Shown piece by piece: positions 1-12,182 of a DNA stretch of 64,000 nucleotides (positions are counted from its first letter, which is position 1; every line of letters starts with the position of its first letter). A model generated the notes under the pieces. It worked only from the letters and a program-made list of their open reading frames with translations, made no database searches and was not told the DNA's origin. The stretch is from Octopus sinensis (taxonomy: Eukaryota), in assembly GCF_006345805.1 (NCBI RefSeq), contig NC_043015.1, positions 25,544,001-25,608,000 of the forward strand. The letters run 5' to 3'. A program made the position numbers and the translations under genes.

Positions 1-199
1 AATTTCCTTTCATTTTTGTATTTCATTTAGTTGGTTTTGGTTTTCAAGAAATATATTTCTGTATTCATGTGTCTGTTTTAAAATATTATTCAGTATTCAA
101 GGAATACATTTATCACACCATATGCTATAGTTTTCTTATCAGCTGAAACAAATTATTTATATTCTATTTCTTCAAACTCATCATCAACATGGGTTGTAG

Positions 200-262
200 A
201 ATGTCTTGATTTCTTTAAGTGACAATAAAAAAAAAAAGGAATTAATACAATCTCTCAAGGAG
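200..262 (+). CDS. Candidate internal exon of an unidentified host gene (NVLISLSDNKKKKELIQSLKE)
   Basis: ttgtag| acceptor, 63 nt open in phase 0, strong GAG|GTAAGT donor. No homolog recognised. Confidence 0.35.
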
Positions 263-879
263 GTAAGTAAAGACAAAGCTAAACAAGTGACGAGTGGTTC
301 CATTCTTGCTGAAGCTAAGTTGCTTATTTCTTTGAACTGACAAATATTGTATTTTCTGGCATACAAGGCATTGTGGTATTTTGTGCAAAGATTCAAGCAT
401 TGTCACTGTCTTTACAAATTTTGCTATATTTCACATGGAATTTTTGGTCTGCCAAAGTCAGTTTGGTGTATAGGTCAACCTACCTGTTTTAATGGTAAAT
501 TGGGGTCTGAGATATCCAACTTGTAAATTGGAAAATACGATACAAAATATTAACTGTCTTATTTGCCTAAACGAACCTGTACAGTCTTCACACTGAAACA
601 CTCCCAGTATATATTGAAGACGCTTTCATTACTAATGACTCATCAAATATTGCACGCTTTATGTGACATTGGCATATTCTTCCTTCATAATATATATTTT
701 ATTTTTTATCCATACCAGTCACAGGACTGAGGCCCTGATGGAGCAGAGTCTTGAAGGATTTAGTCAAACAAACTGATCTGCATTACTTATCTAAGTCTCT
801 TGTTGAAGCACTAAACTACAAGTATGTAACAAAATTATCATCAAGTGCTTGGGGGAATGTGATTATGTATATCATCTTC

Positions 880-1175
880 ATCATCATCATTTAGTGTCTG
901 TTTTCTATGCTGGCATGGGTTCTCCAGTTTGACTGAAAACTGGTAAGCTGGAGAGCTGAACCAGGCCCCATCTGATTTTGGTTTGGCTTCTACATCTGGA
1001 TGCCCTTCCTAATGCCAACCACTCCATAGAGTGTAGTGGAAGACTTTTATGTGTCCCCAGGGTGTACACACACACACAGATACATAACAGTTTCTACCCA
1101 GCTTCCATCAACCAACTTCAATGGGATTGAACCTGAAATCAAGTGGTTGCAAAGCAGGTTCTTCCCCACCCAACT
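880..1175 (-). mobile_element. SINE with (GAT)n tail and tRNA-like head
   Basis: catcatcatcatttagtgtctgttttctatgctggcatggg and ctggatgcccttcctaatgccaacc match a recalled abundant octopus repeat; B-box-like gggattgaacc near 1122. Confidence 0.55.
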
Positions 1176-2289
1176 ATTTTTTATATAAGAACTGAAGATT
1201 TTGTGAGCAGAGTTAACGAGTAAGTTATAACATTCTACTTGACTTACTTGAAAAAGCAGCTAAGATCCCTACACAGATTAGTGGCTGGACTATATATCTC
1301 TGGATAGATTATTGTATAGAATTATGGAAGAGGTGTAGAGTAAATGGTTCTGAGTTGTCTTTTGAAGGATTTGATTTAAAAACCATTAAAACTGAAACAA
1401 TGAATTTGGATTCAATAAAATAAAGTGAATTTAACAGCTTTGTACTTCAATGAGTGGCTCTTTCACAGTATGGTCATTATTTAAAGATGTCTTTGAGTTA
1501 TGTCATTAACTTAAGGACATTTCTTTAATGCAGAAAATGAGCAAACCAAGCTGAATGCTAAAACAAAAAAGAAAAAAATCAGTTTGGCTCCACATTGTTC
1601 TGAATTATTCAAATCCTGAAGAAAACTGAGTGAGCTTTCTGTTCAAACAGGCCACAAAGCAAAAATGCACACACACACACACACCTACATCTACCCACCA
1701 ACTATTCCTGTGAGGATCATTGGGGTAGAATTACTCCTGTATGGGTTAGTATCAGAAGTAACCATCATTAGACTTTCAAGCTGGATTCCCAAGTGGGACC
1801 AACTAAGGCTATGGACATTCTTATCCAACTGTCTTGCTCTTGGTTTACCCTTGGTCTCCTGTCAATTAACTCGGTTTGAGGAATCTGTTTTGTGCCACAG
1901 CTGTGACCCCTCAATGCAGAGCAGTACCAGCTCAACCTGGTGAGACCCCTAGGTCTCTGAGCTATGCACCGTTTTGGGAAACACTGCTCCAGAGATCCTT
2001 CAGAGGAACTGCAAACATTTTATGAATATAAATAAAAACATAAAAAAAGGATTTTAATATGGATGAAACTCAGATGAAAGGCTATGACATTTATTGTAGG
2101 GGTGAGGTGAGTGCATATATGTGCATGTCTGGGTAGGTGGGTACATGGCAGCTCCTGTCAGGAACTTAGAAGATACATACTAGAGAGGGCTTCCCATATT
2201 CTAAAGTGTTAATACTTCAATTAAAATCTTAAATTTTACATATCAAAACAAAAATAACCCTTTGTGTCCTCCACGACTAAACTACTTAA

Positions 2290-2532
2290 CCCTTTTCTTT
2301 CCTGCATGGAAAACAGATTTTAAATGATGATGATGGTGGTTTCTATTGAAATATGTTGCTTTTATTCCAGTTTATTTAAAATCATGGATTTAAGGAAATA
2401 ACCATGACATTATAAAGCTGGTATTTAGAACATAACAGGAAATCTTGGAAGGTTTTAATTAAGATCATTTTAAAACATGAAGCTTTTATCAGAGAACAAG
2501 GTGTCGCCTCAGATATCTTGAGATCAAAAGGC
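2290..2532. mobile_element. Degenerate piggyBac-type MITE
   Basis: TTAA at 2286-2289 and 2533-2536; imperfect TIRs cccttttc / caaaaggc. Confidence 0.4.
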
Positions 2533-2926
2533 TTAAAAACCATCATGTCAAGGACCTATAAAATCCATTAATGTGTTTTGGGATAGAACACCCAGTTCTT
2601 CATTGTCAGCTGATTAGAAATAGGCACCCATGGCCTGCATTGATTGTTTGCTAGTTTAGGAAATTTATCTCACACAGACTAGCATTATATCCTGGGATGA
2701 GGTGGGCATGGGGGTATATTTAGCATTCATAATTTTAATTCAAAAGAAGGTAGCACAAAATATTGGACATATAGACTATTTTCATTTTCAAAACAATGGT
2801 TTCTTTCATCCATTTTGCTGACTTAAGTACAGGAAAAGAAGGGGCTTTTTCCCTTTTACATTAGAGTTACATGGCAATCTTTTTTCTCTGTGGATATCTT
2901 TCCTTTTTTTTTCTTTTTTTTTCTAG

Positions 2927-2991
2927 AATACCTACTTCTTAAAGTCTGCCAAGAATCAAGATATTAAATATTTATTTTCAAAGACAAGACA
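2927..2991 (+). CDS. Candidate exon (NTYFLKSAKNQDIKYLFSKTR), phase-compatible with 200-262
   Basis: Very long pyrimidine tract ending ttctag|, open in phase 0, CA|GTAATC donor. A phase-2 exon at 3244-3328 could follow and end in TAG. Confidence 0.3.
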
Positions 2992-3667
2992 GTAATCAAC
3001 AGATGGTGCTGTTGAAATGGTGATTGAGAAATTAGATTATTAATCTTATAATGTATTAACACAAATCTCTTTGACAAGCAGCAATGAATGTCTTACTTGG
3101 AAAAAAAATAAACAACAATTCTAATAACACCACCAACACTGATTGTTATTTACATATAAAGTAAAATTTTCACTTAGAAGTATCAGAAAAAATAAAATTA
3201 GAAGTAAATTATAAAAAAAGACATTTCTATTCATCAAGTACAGATGTACTGAATATTGTAGGCAGAAGAATTTGTTAGGAAACTCTCAAAAGGCAGAGGG
3301 AGATTGTCATCATCATCGTCATTATTAGCATTTTCATCATCATCTTCATTAAACTGTGGGTCCTTACAGCAACACTGAATGCATGTTTAGTAAGGTCATC
3401 GATATTGGTGGGGCTTTTATATTTATATTCTCTTACTGATTCCAGTTTTTGGATTGTGGCCATTTATCATCAGTGCCCTAGAATAATGTTAATCAGTTAT
3501 ATCAACTCCACTAAGAACTTCATTCTGCTTTTTGATCAAGCTCAGTCATGAGTGTGGCATGTGGTGTTGTGTCACATAAACACACAATGACACTAACACA
3601 CAAACACACACACACGCACACACACATCACCATCATCATCATTAGCTTAATCTACAAAAACAATTAA

Positions 3668-4053
3668 CATTTTAGCTTTCAGATAACTCTGTCAAATGTA
3701 ATGCCTACTTATTCACATTGTTTTGAATTTAATCCTGGATTATCATGTAGCTTCAAGATTTTGATGATATTATGGTGCATTTTTAAAATGAAATTGTAGG
3801 GTCACTAGCATAGCTAGGTGGGGGCGGTTCACCCTGGATGGCACTTTTAAAGGGACATCACTTTTGGGTCTGCTGTAGGCAATATGTGTTTTTTGTGGGG
3901 TCTGGGAGTGGAAAACAGAAAGACCACCCCAGGCAGCACACACTCTAGCCTTGCTTATGTAGAGGGTAGATGTGAGAGGTTGGATCTGGTTGGTTTGAAA
4001 ATAATACAGGTAGAATGTTTTGGCCAAGTGAGGTCAATTTAAATGCTAAAGTG
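3668..4053. mobile_element. piggyBac-type MITE with TTAA target duplication
   Basis: TTAA|cattttagctttc at 3664 and aaatgctaaagtg|TTAA at 4054-4057 are inverted termini. A GC-richer internal block (about 3800-3960) looks like a nested insertion. Confidence 0.7.
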
Positions 4054-4197
4054 TTAATCACCTTATTTGGAAAAAATTAAGGATTGGCATGAAGGATGGG
4101 AATTTCACCATAGAATACTGATTTAACTATTGTTCAACCGAAGCTGGCTTGGGAAAAGTACATGTCAAATAAAAGATAAAGACACCAAGTATAGATA

Positions 4198-4500
4198 ATG
4201 ATGACAATAACCATTATGGTGATGATGACAATGATCATGATGGTGATGATGGTGATGGTGGTGATGTTGATGGTGGTGGTGGTGGTGGCGGTGGTGGTGG
4301 TGATGGTGGTGGTGATGATAGTGATGATGATGATGATGATGGTGATGGTGATGACAATGATGACAATGGTGATGATGGTGATGATGATGATGATTCTGGT
4401 GATGGTGATGGTGGTAATGATGATGGTGATGATGATGGTGGTGATGATGGTGATGATGGTGGTGATGGTGGTGGTTGTGGTGATGATGATGAATGACAAT
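4198..4500. repeat. (GAT/GGT)n compound trinucleotide microsatellite
   Basis: Directly visible; explains the poly-M/V and poly-I/T ORFs. Confidence 0.95.
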
Positions 4501-5344
4501 GATGCTAATGATAGAGCTGATGAATGTGATGATTTTATTTTGTTTATTCCATTTCTAGTTCCATCCATTCAAATGTTCTATGATGATGATGATGAGGAAG
4601 AAGACATCATCTTTAATGACAAAAATCTATTTTGCATTTTGTAATTATCTTTTTTCTTGTCTTTCTTCTTTCTTATTTTGTTTTTTTCTGACCAGGGAAA
4701 AATTAGATGACCAAGCTGACCAGGGTGAGACTTGAACTCAGAACAAGCGAAAAAATATTGAGAAATGTTGCAAAGTATTTCATTGTTCAACCCTCTGCTT
4801 ATTCTACTTATTCTAATATTTCACAACCTTGCAGAACATAATTAACAAAGAAAAAAAAAACAATACGTAACAGATTTTCAAAAATCTTAAAATTTTCCTT
4901 TTCATCTAAACTACAAAAAACAACCAACCTTTTCATGTAAAAATTACTTTGAATAAAATTATTAAAATAATAATAATAGTAAAAAAAAAAACTTAACTAA
5001 AATCTTGTTTAAATTCATTTTTAAAAAATCTCTTTGAAAGTAATAATAAAAATGTAAGATTAAATTTTCAATTTGTTTTATAGAGTCTGGAAAAGTTAAC
5101 TTTTCATTTTAGAAATAGAAATAATAAATCAGTAAAAAAAATATTATTATTATTATTATTATTATTATCATTATTATTATTATTATTATTATTTCAATTA
5201 AAAAAAAAATTTTTAATTTCTTTCAGAAAAATACTCAGATTTTTTTTTATATTATTATTTTTCTTTACGCATTAATTTGTTTCCAAGTTTTAATAATTCT
5301 GAATGATCCAAATAAAAGAAAATTCAACAAAAACAAAAAAGAAA

Positions 5345-5690
5345 GATGGTTGTGTGGTTAAGGAGTTTGCTTTGTAACCAAGTCATTGCAGGTTCATTCC
5401 TACTGCAAAGTACATTGGGTGTTTTCTACCACAGCCTTGGGTCACTCAATGCATCGGGAGTAAATGTGCTTGATGGAAACTGAGAGGAAGCCCATTGTGT
5501 TTTTTTGTCCCATTGTGTTTTTTGTTCAATTGAGCTTTTTTGTCCCTGTAACTTAGCAGTTCAGCAAAAGAGACTGAGAGAATACGTAGCAAACTTTGAA
5601 AACAAGTACTGAGGTTGATTTTGCCCAACTCCTCAAGGTGGTGCCCCAGCATGGCCACAGTCCATTGACTAAAACAAATAAAATAAAAGA
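5345..5690 (+). mobile_element. tRNA-derived SINE, family 1 (full length)
   Basis: Head ggttgtgtggttaag...ggttcattcc, core gtaacttagcagttcagcaaaagagac, tail ggtggtgccccagcatggccacagtccattgactaaaac plus A-rich end. Confidence 0.85.
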
Positions 5691-6544
5691 TTAAATTTTA
5701 AAATCTAGTTGTTATTGTTTAGCCAGCTCTTAAAGACAATCTGTCCATGACCATTGCTTCTCTTTTCGTTTCAGACATATCCAAAGACTACATTTCTAAG
5801 ATTCATGTTATTGTTATTTAACCCCAAGTAAACCATCATCAAGTATACCTATGAACAAAAATATTCAAGTTATGACCACCCTGTCCTACTTTTCAAGAAA
5901 TGGAGTTAGGGCCACACTGTCAAATGCAGCTTTGCTTTTTTCTTGTTTTCTTTTATGAACAGATATCAGAAACATTTGGCTGCTATTTCTGGCAATTTGA
6001 GAGGCTGCATGTGGATCATAGATTTGAGTCTAATTTTGAAAAACATGATTTCTCTACACAAGTTGGACTTTGTATTCAGCAACATTGGCACCAGACCATT
6101 GCCAGACCATGGGAATTGGTGGGGAATATTTTAAGTCCCAGTCTAAAAATTGTCATACTGTGTTGCTACACACACACACACACACACAGCACAGGCTTGG
6201 ATGTGCAGTTAAGAAGATTACTTTCTAGTCATGTGGTCTTGGGTTCAATCTCACTGTGCAGTACCTTAGGCAAGGAACAACTAATATAACCATGGGCTGA
6301 CCGAATCCTTCTGAATGGCACACAAAAATTGAAAGAAACTCATTGTGTGTGTGTGTGTGTGTGGGGGGGAATGTGCTTTTATTTACCCTTGTCTTGCCAT
6401 CTCACCACAGCTGTAAACAAACATCCCCATCACTCAAGCAAAAATTTCGTCTGTGGTGAAATAAAGTATTGGGCTAACCAAAGCCTTGTGACAGGATTTC
6501 GTAGATGTAAACTGAAAGAAGACTGTCGTGCATATATATCACTG

Positions 6545-6850
6545 TGACCGTGACCGACCAGGCTATCAGATGTTGCCACACGTTGCTGGTCACAATGCGC
6601 TTCGCATTGTTTTAGCCTTCAAATGATGCCACCCCGCTGGCTAAGCGAGCAGGCTAACAGAAGAAAGAGTGAGAGAAAGTTGTAGCGAAAAAGTACAGCA
6701 GGGATTGTCACCCCACCCCCTGCCAGAGCCTCGTGGAGCTTTTAGGTGTTTTCACTCAATAAACACTCACAGTGCTTGGTCTGGGAATCGAAACCGCGAT
6801 CTTATGACCACAAGTCCGCTGCCCTAACCACTGGGCCATTGCACCTCCAC
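6545..6850 (-). mobile_element. tRNA-derived SINE, family 2
   Basis: Minus-strand head ggaggtgcaatggcccagtggttagggcagcggac...ggtttcgattccc with A and B boxes; second copy at 22820-23185. Confidence 0.8.
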
Positions 6851-6857
6851 ACACACC

Positions 6858-6895
<38 letters not shown>

Positions 6896-7822
6896 CTAGC
6901 AGCTAAGCCTGGTTTCACCCGGTCTGTTTGGATGATGTGGCTGTGATTGTTTTTGGTTAGGCATAATCTATAACAGTGTTTCTCAACCATATCAGTTTGG
7001 GTCCCCTGTTTTGATTGGAGCCTCCAGCTGTATGAAAATTTCCTGACCCACCCCATGTCAGAAAACAGCTTCTGGAGTTGTGAAGAACGAATTTGTATGT
7101 AGTCTGTTTCTGAGAGCTATTCTATTGGACTTTTGTCTACTCATTATAATAATGATATAATTATGAACATAAAAATTATACATTAATGCCTATTTTTGTA
7201 AGCAGTTGTATCCGTAAAACTTTTATTTGCAGAGAGCAGAAATTGAAAGAAGATATATGAAATGGACGTGTGTGCGTATTTTTACGATAGTTGATTTATG
7301 GAAAAGATTATGGTAAATTTTTGAAATGCAAATATGTGAATGAAAATTAAGTTCAGACCTCTAGATGGTAGCTAGACCCGGTAGAAATAGCCAAATCTCC
7401 CACAAAACTGTCTTAATCCGACAATTAAGACAGTTAATCCGACAATTCTTCTTATTATGTAGCTTTAATGAGAAACTGTAACTAAAGATTAAGATTATTA
7501 ACTCCACAAAGATGTGAAAGAAGAGAGACAGCATAGCGAAAGTTTTGGCTGACTGTCATCCTGTACTCCCCTTGTTGCTAGCGAAATGGTATATGCCGAC
7601 TGTGTGACCAACTGGTTGTTTAAATGGCGGAACAAACAGGGGAATTCCATTAGAAAAGTTTTAATTGATTTTTTCGGTAACTCTGGGGCTAAGGAAAAAA
7701 TACAAACTGCATTCCAATCTATGCACCCGTCTCCATATGTGTGCCATTTTACATGTGAATCCACCCAGCAGTTTGGCTGTGAACCTCAAGACAAGAAAGA
7801 ATACAACGATCGCCCATGTCCA

Positions 7823-7911
<89 letters not shown>

Positions 7912-8007
7912 GATAAGCACATAAATGCAAAGCAAGGTAGAAAAGATAGTATTCGAATACCTAAGGTAGAGTAACATACTTTTATTAAAGCAGCAAAATC
8001 TTCACAA

Positions 8008-8048
8008 AACTATTACTCAGAGTTTCACACTTTGTTTGTCGCACAGTT
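8008..8048 (-). ncRNA. Degenerate type I hammerhead ribozyme remnant
   Basis: Minus strand: AACTGT [GCGACAA] AC-AAAGT-GT GAAAC TCTGA GTA ATAGTT. Stems I-III can form but the CUGANGA core is mutated. Confidence 0.4.
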
Positions 8049-8416
8049 GTGATGAATACTGAATGAAAATAGTGATGGTGCATATATTATAATCTGATGT
8101 AATTTAATACAACGAATAAGCTTTTTAAATTTGATTGGGTGACTGATTTTCAAAATCTGGAAGTCACAAGTTACAAGTTGGGTAGTTGGAGGATGTGAAA
8201 GTTAATAGCAAAATACAAATACAAATATGAATATATTATGATAAGATCGAAAACAACTTTGCATAAAATGGGGGCAGGGGGAATGTAAATCCAGAAAATA
8301 ATTAATTAATACTTATTAATTAAATTAAAAAAATAGGATCGCAAGTTGGGTGTTAAAAGTGAGATTATAATATGTAAATGAGAAGCCATAGAGGAAATGC
8401 TCAGTGACACTGTACA

Positions 8417-8465
<49 letters not shown>

Positions 8466-8659
8466 AAGACATATACAAATATATATACTTATATATACAT
8501 ATATATGTGTGTGTATATATATATAAAGACATATATATTTACATATACATAGATATAGGTACAAATACACACATATATAACATTATACACACACAACACA
8601 CACAGACACCTCCACACATACATAGCACATATATTACATGCACATAAATGCACACAGAA

Positions 8660-10385
8660 ACAATACTACTCTGTTTCCAGCAACGCTAATGTGGTTGATC
8701 TGGTTAACATCAGTGATGTAAACCCTCAATTAACCATATCTCACATAACTTTTGGTGCCCCTGATATCCTAGCAGGAATAGATAAGATCAAGCACAACTC
8801 GGCAGTTGTTTCGATAAGTTCCTGGTCACTGTCCTGAAGATATCTCAACATCAAATTGCACCCTCTCTAGCTGAGCTCTGGAGAAACTCACTTGATGCAG
8901 GCTACATTCCTCATCATTTTCTTTCCCAGTCTGTCGTTCAAGTCTTCAAAAAGGGAAACAAATCTCTTGCAGCGAACTACCATCCGATTTCACTCACTTC
9001 TCATATCATTCAAGTATTTGGAAGGGTGGTGAGAGCGTGAATAACTCACTTCCTCGAAAACAACAATCTGCTGAACCCCAACCAGAATGGTTTCCTTGAT
9101 AGCAGGGACTGCCTGTCGTACCTTCTGCACCATCTTGCTGACATTTTAAAAGCTTTGGGAGAAGGCTCCAACGCTGACGTCATATACCTTGATTTCAGCA
9201 AGGCATTTGAAAGAGTGGACCACAAAATCCTGCTGAAGAAACTGTCCAACATTGGAGTCTGTGGAAAGCTGCTGCAGTGGATAAAGTGTTTCCTGACAAA
9301 CAGAACCCAACATGTTGTGTTTCAGGGAATACGATCCAGCTCAGCCAAAGTTAGTAGTGGTATTCCACAAGGTACTGTGTTGGGCCCACTCCTCTTCATT
9401 ATCTACATCAATGACATTGTAGAAGTCGTCTGACATTCTACATTGAAAATCCTTGCCGATGATTCCAAACTCCAGAAGGCCATAAACGGTATAGCAGACC
9501 GAACATGCCCTCAATCGGACCTGTTTGCTGTTGTCCAATGGGCAGAAAAAAACAATATGCTTCTAAATGAAAATAAGTTTAATTTAATCCACTTTCTAAA
9601 AGAGGATACTCTGAAATTACCATATTCTCTTCCCTCGAGCGACTCCCTTGTGTCATCCAACAACACCAAAGGCCTCGGAGTAATTGTTGATTTACAATCC
9701 AAGTTGGAGTTCCCATGTAAACAGCAAGGTTGACTTGGCCCGCAAGATGTGCTCCTGGATCCTGGGATCTTTCTGGTCTAGAAATGCCTACACCATCATT
9801 CTTCTCTACTCTACTTTTACCCAACCTCATCTTGAATACTGTTGCTCACTGTGGTCTCCCCACACAAAGCAACTCATTATGAAAGTGAAAGCGCTCCAGA
9901 CGTCAATAACAAGAAAGATAAACGGCATGACAGGTATTGACTATTGGAGTCAACTAAAAGAACTCAATCCCAATTCTCTCCAATGCCGCCGAGAATGCTA
10001 CATCAGCTGTGTGATGTGGAAAATATTCCATCATCAATTTTAAAATCCAAACACTTGGGCCCCATGCTACCTACCCACTACAAAAATCGAACTCTAGATA
10101 CACAACATTACGACACAACTACTTTACCTCAACCGGTCCAGCTCTCTTTAATATCATACCAAAATACGTCAAAACGGAAACAGATCCCATAAACTTCGAA
10201 AGTTCTCTGGACAAAATCCCGGACCAAGCTCCTACACCCAAATGTGTCTCCAATAATAACTCTTTGCTAGAGTGGACCATAGTTCCTCATATATGACTAA
10301 AAGACTTCACCAGGTGGTACTATTGAGTTAGACATGGCCTGGGACTATACTGGCTGAAACCTGTCCAAGTTATCAAAGTTACATA
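8660..10385 (+). mobile_element. 5'-truncated Proto2/CR1-like LINE, family A, degenerate reverse transcriptase
   Basis: YLDFSKAFERVDH, GIPQGTVLGPLLFIIYINDI and ILADDSKL RT motifs; stops and frameshifts; 3' UTR ggtggtactattgagttagacatggcc...gaaac shared with 34855-34930. Confidence 0.92.
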
Positions 10386-11179
10386 TACATATACACAGTA
10401 GGGGTGTGTATTCTGGGTGTGCAAGGTGTGCGCTGCACACCAATCGAAAATGACAAATTCATTATAAAAATTAACCTTACTCATTAATTTAACTTTTGTT
10501 GTACCACTGCTTGAAATTTGGTGGTGGGTGTCCTGAAATAACACTGCACACATCACAGTGCATTGTATCATAACATGGTATCAGTGTATCATAGGATAAA
10601 GGGAGAATGGCAAAAAATTAATGGCGAAGGGTATGCGACAGCTTTGACAGCACGGTTGCAGATTCATTTCCGTGGCGAGAAGTTGGAAGTTTAAATTCCT
10701 TTAAAATTCCTTAACTAAAACTAATGTTTTTTACAATAATTTTTTCCTTACAATATCATCATATAACTTGGATCTCACTTTGTTTTCAGTTAATGTTAGC
10801 GTCATATATCTGTATCCTAATGAAGTATACAGTATTAACATTTTGGATCCAGCATTTTGAATAGAAATACAGTCTGTATACCTACTTTGAGTAATACTAA
10901 TGTTAGCCATAGTACAATAAATGTGGCAGCACACCAATGACAACCACCATATGCCACAGTTGCACACACGTCTACATACACCTACATTGTATATACATTT
11001 ATGTAAATTCGCAAGTGAAAGAGAACCAAAAAAAGTGAAGATATGATATTTGACAAAGAGGGTAGTGGGGAGAAGAGAGTAAAGTAAAGAAAGAAGGAGG
11101 ATCTGTTCAGTTTGGCTCACAGACTTTTAAATTATTTTTTTAACTACACAATTTGAAACTTCGTATACTAGTGTAAGTT

Positions 11180-11450
11180 CTTACGCAGAACACGGTTATT
11201 TTTTAGCATTTTGGACAAAATTTGGTATTTTAGAAGTTATTTCGTGTTAAAGTTGTCGTATTTGGGTAATTTCAACCAATCAACGACGTGTATTCAGTTA
11301 AAGAAAGCTACTGCTGTTTGTGATAGTAATCGAAGAGGAACAACTTCCGGGTCATCTCTACTAAATGTCACCACTCTGTTCTATTTTATTTTTTGCTTAC
11401 TGCCTGTATTGCATATTACACGCTGTTTTTTTTTTTTTTGTTCTCGCGTC
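11180..11450. promoter_or_regulatory. Promoter-like, CpG-retaining region
   Basis: ETS motif CCGGAAGT (minus, 11344-11351), CCAAT at 11276-11280, two minus-strand GTAAG donors (11184, 11400), and ATG-MLKNNRVL at 11185-11209. Confidence 0.35.
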
Positions 11451-12135
11451 GGACAGTAAACATCGAAGAATCAACACAAAGAAGAAATATTATTTACATA
11501 TTTTTATTCGTTTGCCCGACATTGGTATTTAAGATGCAAGGCCTACTTTTGGGGAAAATTTGGTTTTATCCACACATAAAGCGCACGGGTGTTTAAAAGA
11601 CCTATTGAGCTACGGGTCTGCAGCTAGCTTGTTTGTTGTTGACGTGTATGTAGTTTCGAAATGCCTTATTTCACAACTATGAGATGTATTGTTATGATTT
11701 TATCTTACTATAATCAACAACAAACACATTTCGTCAATATAAAAGTTTTTATTAGATTAAAACTAACGGATCTGTTTAGTTTGGATCGCAGATTTTAAAG
11801 AGGCAAGAGAAAAGAAGAGAGGAAAAAAAAGAAAACAACGGGTGTTGGCTATAACAGGGGAAATTAGCTGATAAGCTTGCGAAGGCTACAGTAACGAATA
11901 CATATCGAATGGACAAGTTTGATGGTGAAAGGCGTAGAAAATATAAGGGAATAAAACAGGGTCTGATGTATATATCAAAGATAGCTTAGGGACATGTATA
12001 CGAGAAAACAAATGTATAGTATATAAACACTTTCGGCATGCAAATTAGGGACGCCTTCGTAGAGTAACTGCTACATTTGTGGAGTATATAAACAGTTTGG
12101 CAACTTGTTCCTCTGGAGGCTGTCAGAATAGTGTA

Positions 12136-12182
12136 GACGCCTCTGATGAGAACCCAATGAAGTTCGAAAATCGATTAACGTT
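12136..12182 (+). ncRNA. Minimal type I hammerhead ribozyme, Penelope-type
   Basis: CTGATGA (12143-12149), stem II GAAC/GTTC, GAAA, palindromic stem III AATCGATT, UUA cleavage triplet at 12175-12177. Stem I is bulged and weak. Confidence 0.6.

Noticed and set aside
4134-4644. 144- and 148-aa poly-I/T and poly-M/V ORFs
   Set aside because: Translations of the (GAT/GGT)n repeat.
6770-6850. tRNA-like sequence with A and B boxes
   Set aside because: SINE head continuous with the SINE core; no complete acceptor stem, so not a tRNA gene. The same applies to the other SINE heads.
10731-11120. 129-aa minus ORF (also 5900-6289 on plus)
   Set aside because: No recognisable domain or convincing splice context; length is compatible with chance.
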